64,000 nt of DNA from Podarcis liolepis. Taxonomy: Eukaryota. Both the position numbers and the translations under genes were made by a program. The notes beneath the pieces were generated by a model, which was not told where the DNA came from, made no database searches, and saw only the letters and a list, made by a program, of their open reading frames with translations. This document shows, in pieces, positions 62,213-64,000 of the stretch (its first letter is position 1; every line of letters starts with the position of its first letter). The stretch lies in assembly GCA_965112155.1 (NCBI GenBank), contig OZ218102.1, one strand, 5' to 3'.

Positions 62213-63936
62213 AGTGTGGAATCTGAAAAAAGAACTATGTTCCATTCCACACAATAGGCAAGAAGCACAGATCTGTTTAATTTGCATCAGAATTCACAGA
62301 AATCTATATCCCTTAATCGTACCCAGTTTTGTGCAGAGAATAATCTGCTATGTTTCTGTTAAAATATGAGACTATATCCCCTGTACCACCTGGAACCTGA
62401 TGTTTTTACTAGGCAATGTCCTCAAGGGAGAAAATTGTATTGTCTATAGTTTTCATTATGGAACAAATAGTAATACAATTAAGTTATATCCAGTTCTACC
62501 CATACAAATGCTTTATAATATGAAAAATACATTGGTTTTCAAATGGCAAAACGGTAATGTTTTCTCCACAGCATTATTAGAAGAGGATGCTCATTTATAC
62601 ACCTGCAATACTGAAATAGGAATAACTGGTTTCTCAAAAAGCAGGCAAGTTAACAAAAACTGCTATTAACTTGTTTCAGTCTGTCAATTTCCCTTTAAAA
62701 CAATACAGTACACTTGGAAGACTTTTCTGCAAATTGCAACTCCACATTTGGCCACAAGATAGCACTAACTGCACAACACTCAACAAGATACAATTTAAAA
62801 ACAAGCATTTGTATTTTTTGAGCCTCGGTAGATAAAAAAACCTGACCAACAATAAACTCCATAGGGCTTTCTAAACTGCAATCAGTGAAAACAGCTCTAA
62901 GATTTTCTATCTTGTTACCTGCAGCTTCCTTCTTGCATTTCAGCAGACTATATAAGTCAGGCAAAACACAAAACAAGTTTTGTTCTTTGATTTTTGTCTT
63001 ATTTTTTTTCAGTATGTACATGCTATCTTTTAAAAACTAGTACAATTAAGTACGGAGTATTTTCTTATGTGCTTTGTGCTTTTTATTCTGTGGGATCAAT
63101 GCAACTACTAAAATAGCTATTTTATGACTGCTCAAAGGGAGCACTTATAAACTCTGTTTTACTCATCCACACAGAAGTGGCATCTTAGCCTTTTACGGGG
63201 AACTTCAGATGTTGTACCTTAAATAGTCCATTATTTTGCAACAGGAACTAATAGAGCTGCTTCTCCTACACAACTATTCTAGAATGGTGGAAACTCCAAA
63301 TAATCTGTGTGACTCCCCTAATAATAACTCTGGCACGTTAACAACTTGATTTATTATTACCTGTCTCTCGGGGCAGCTCATTACCTCTTGGAATACATGG
63401 GCAGATCTCGAGAACAAGTAAGGGAGAACCTGTAGCTTGAATTGAAGCCACATTGTGACATATGGCTATTGTGAAGTCCAGTTTTGCTTCTGTCAATATG
63501 TTATCACTGTGTAAGAAAAGGCAAGACAAACCAAAATACATACTAAATCACACCTCCTTTAATACCTCTTGCCTGGAGTACAGGAACAATGTATTAGCCA
63601 AAATGAAGAAAACAGATCATCATTGTAGAGCTAACTGTTGGGAGATGCAGTGCATTTTTTTCTGGTGGGACGTAGGCGTACACATACCCCTAAACATTTT
63701 GTGAATGTTTGTACTTTTGTCCATTTGCTGTTTTTATTTTTCCTGATTTGAACTATAAAATGGTGATTTTCTTGAGTCAAAATGAGAGTACCCCTAAACA
63801 TTTTTAGGGGGGGGGAATGCACTGGGGAGATGTATCTGTGCCTTCTGTCATTCATATAGTGGAATGAATGACAGAAGATTAAAACATGGTGAATACTGCC
63901 TAAGAAAGGCTCTCCAGGTCCAGAATGGCCATGATG

Positions 63937-64000
63937 GAGAGAGAGAAAGAGAGAAAGAGAGAAAGAGAGAAAGAGAGAAAGAGAGAAAGAGAGAAAGAGA
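63937..64000. repeat. (GAGAGAAA)n simple repeat, running off the window
   Basis: Seen directly. Confidence 0.97.

Larger units (their letters stand above)
1..64000 (-). other. VTI1A: Intragenic region of VTI1A (large introns flanking exons 4-5)
   Basis: An internal exon lies at 29096-29173, and no first or last exon or other gene's exon is recognisable. VTI1A introns in this part of the gene are tens of kb long in amniotes. That the gene extends to both window edges is inferred. Confidence 0.75.

Overview
Vertebrate, not microbial, DNA. The repeat content (Sauria SINE with ACCTTT tail, Bov-B, Squam2/Squam3-type SINEs, lizard Tigger/hAT MITEs, Penelope remnants) indicates a squamate, most likely a lacertid lizard. 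The window appears to lie inside the SNARE gene VTI1A, transcribed on the minus strand. Only one coding exon is readable: 29096-29173, 78 nt, KRSRIAYSDEVRNELLGDDGNSSEIQ, equivalent to human exon 4. The next exon (RAHLLDNTER...) and the neuronal LIKLREE microexon are not in the called bases. They most plausibly sit inside the N-runs at 18035-18414 and 23238-23576. All six N-runs have irregular lengths and unique, motif-rich flanks, so they look like masked conserved sequence rather than ordinary repeat gaps. The rest is intron with many transposon fragments. Highlights: a candidate recursive splice site with a stop-containing RS-exon (11274-11400); a sense-strand minimal hammerhead ribozyme in a Penelope remnant (55652-55691); a roughly 10 kb transposon-poor block around the exons; a young Rex1/Babar LINE; and a patchwork Bov-B 5' junction. 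Nearly all ORFs in the supplied track are spurious. I found no convincing novel protein-coding system.
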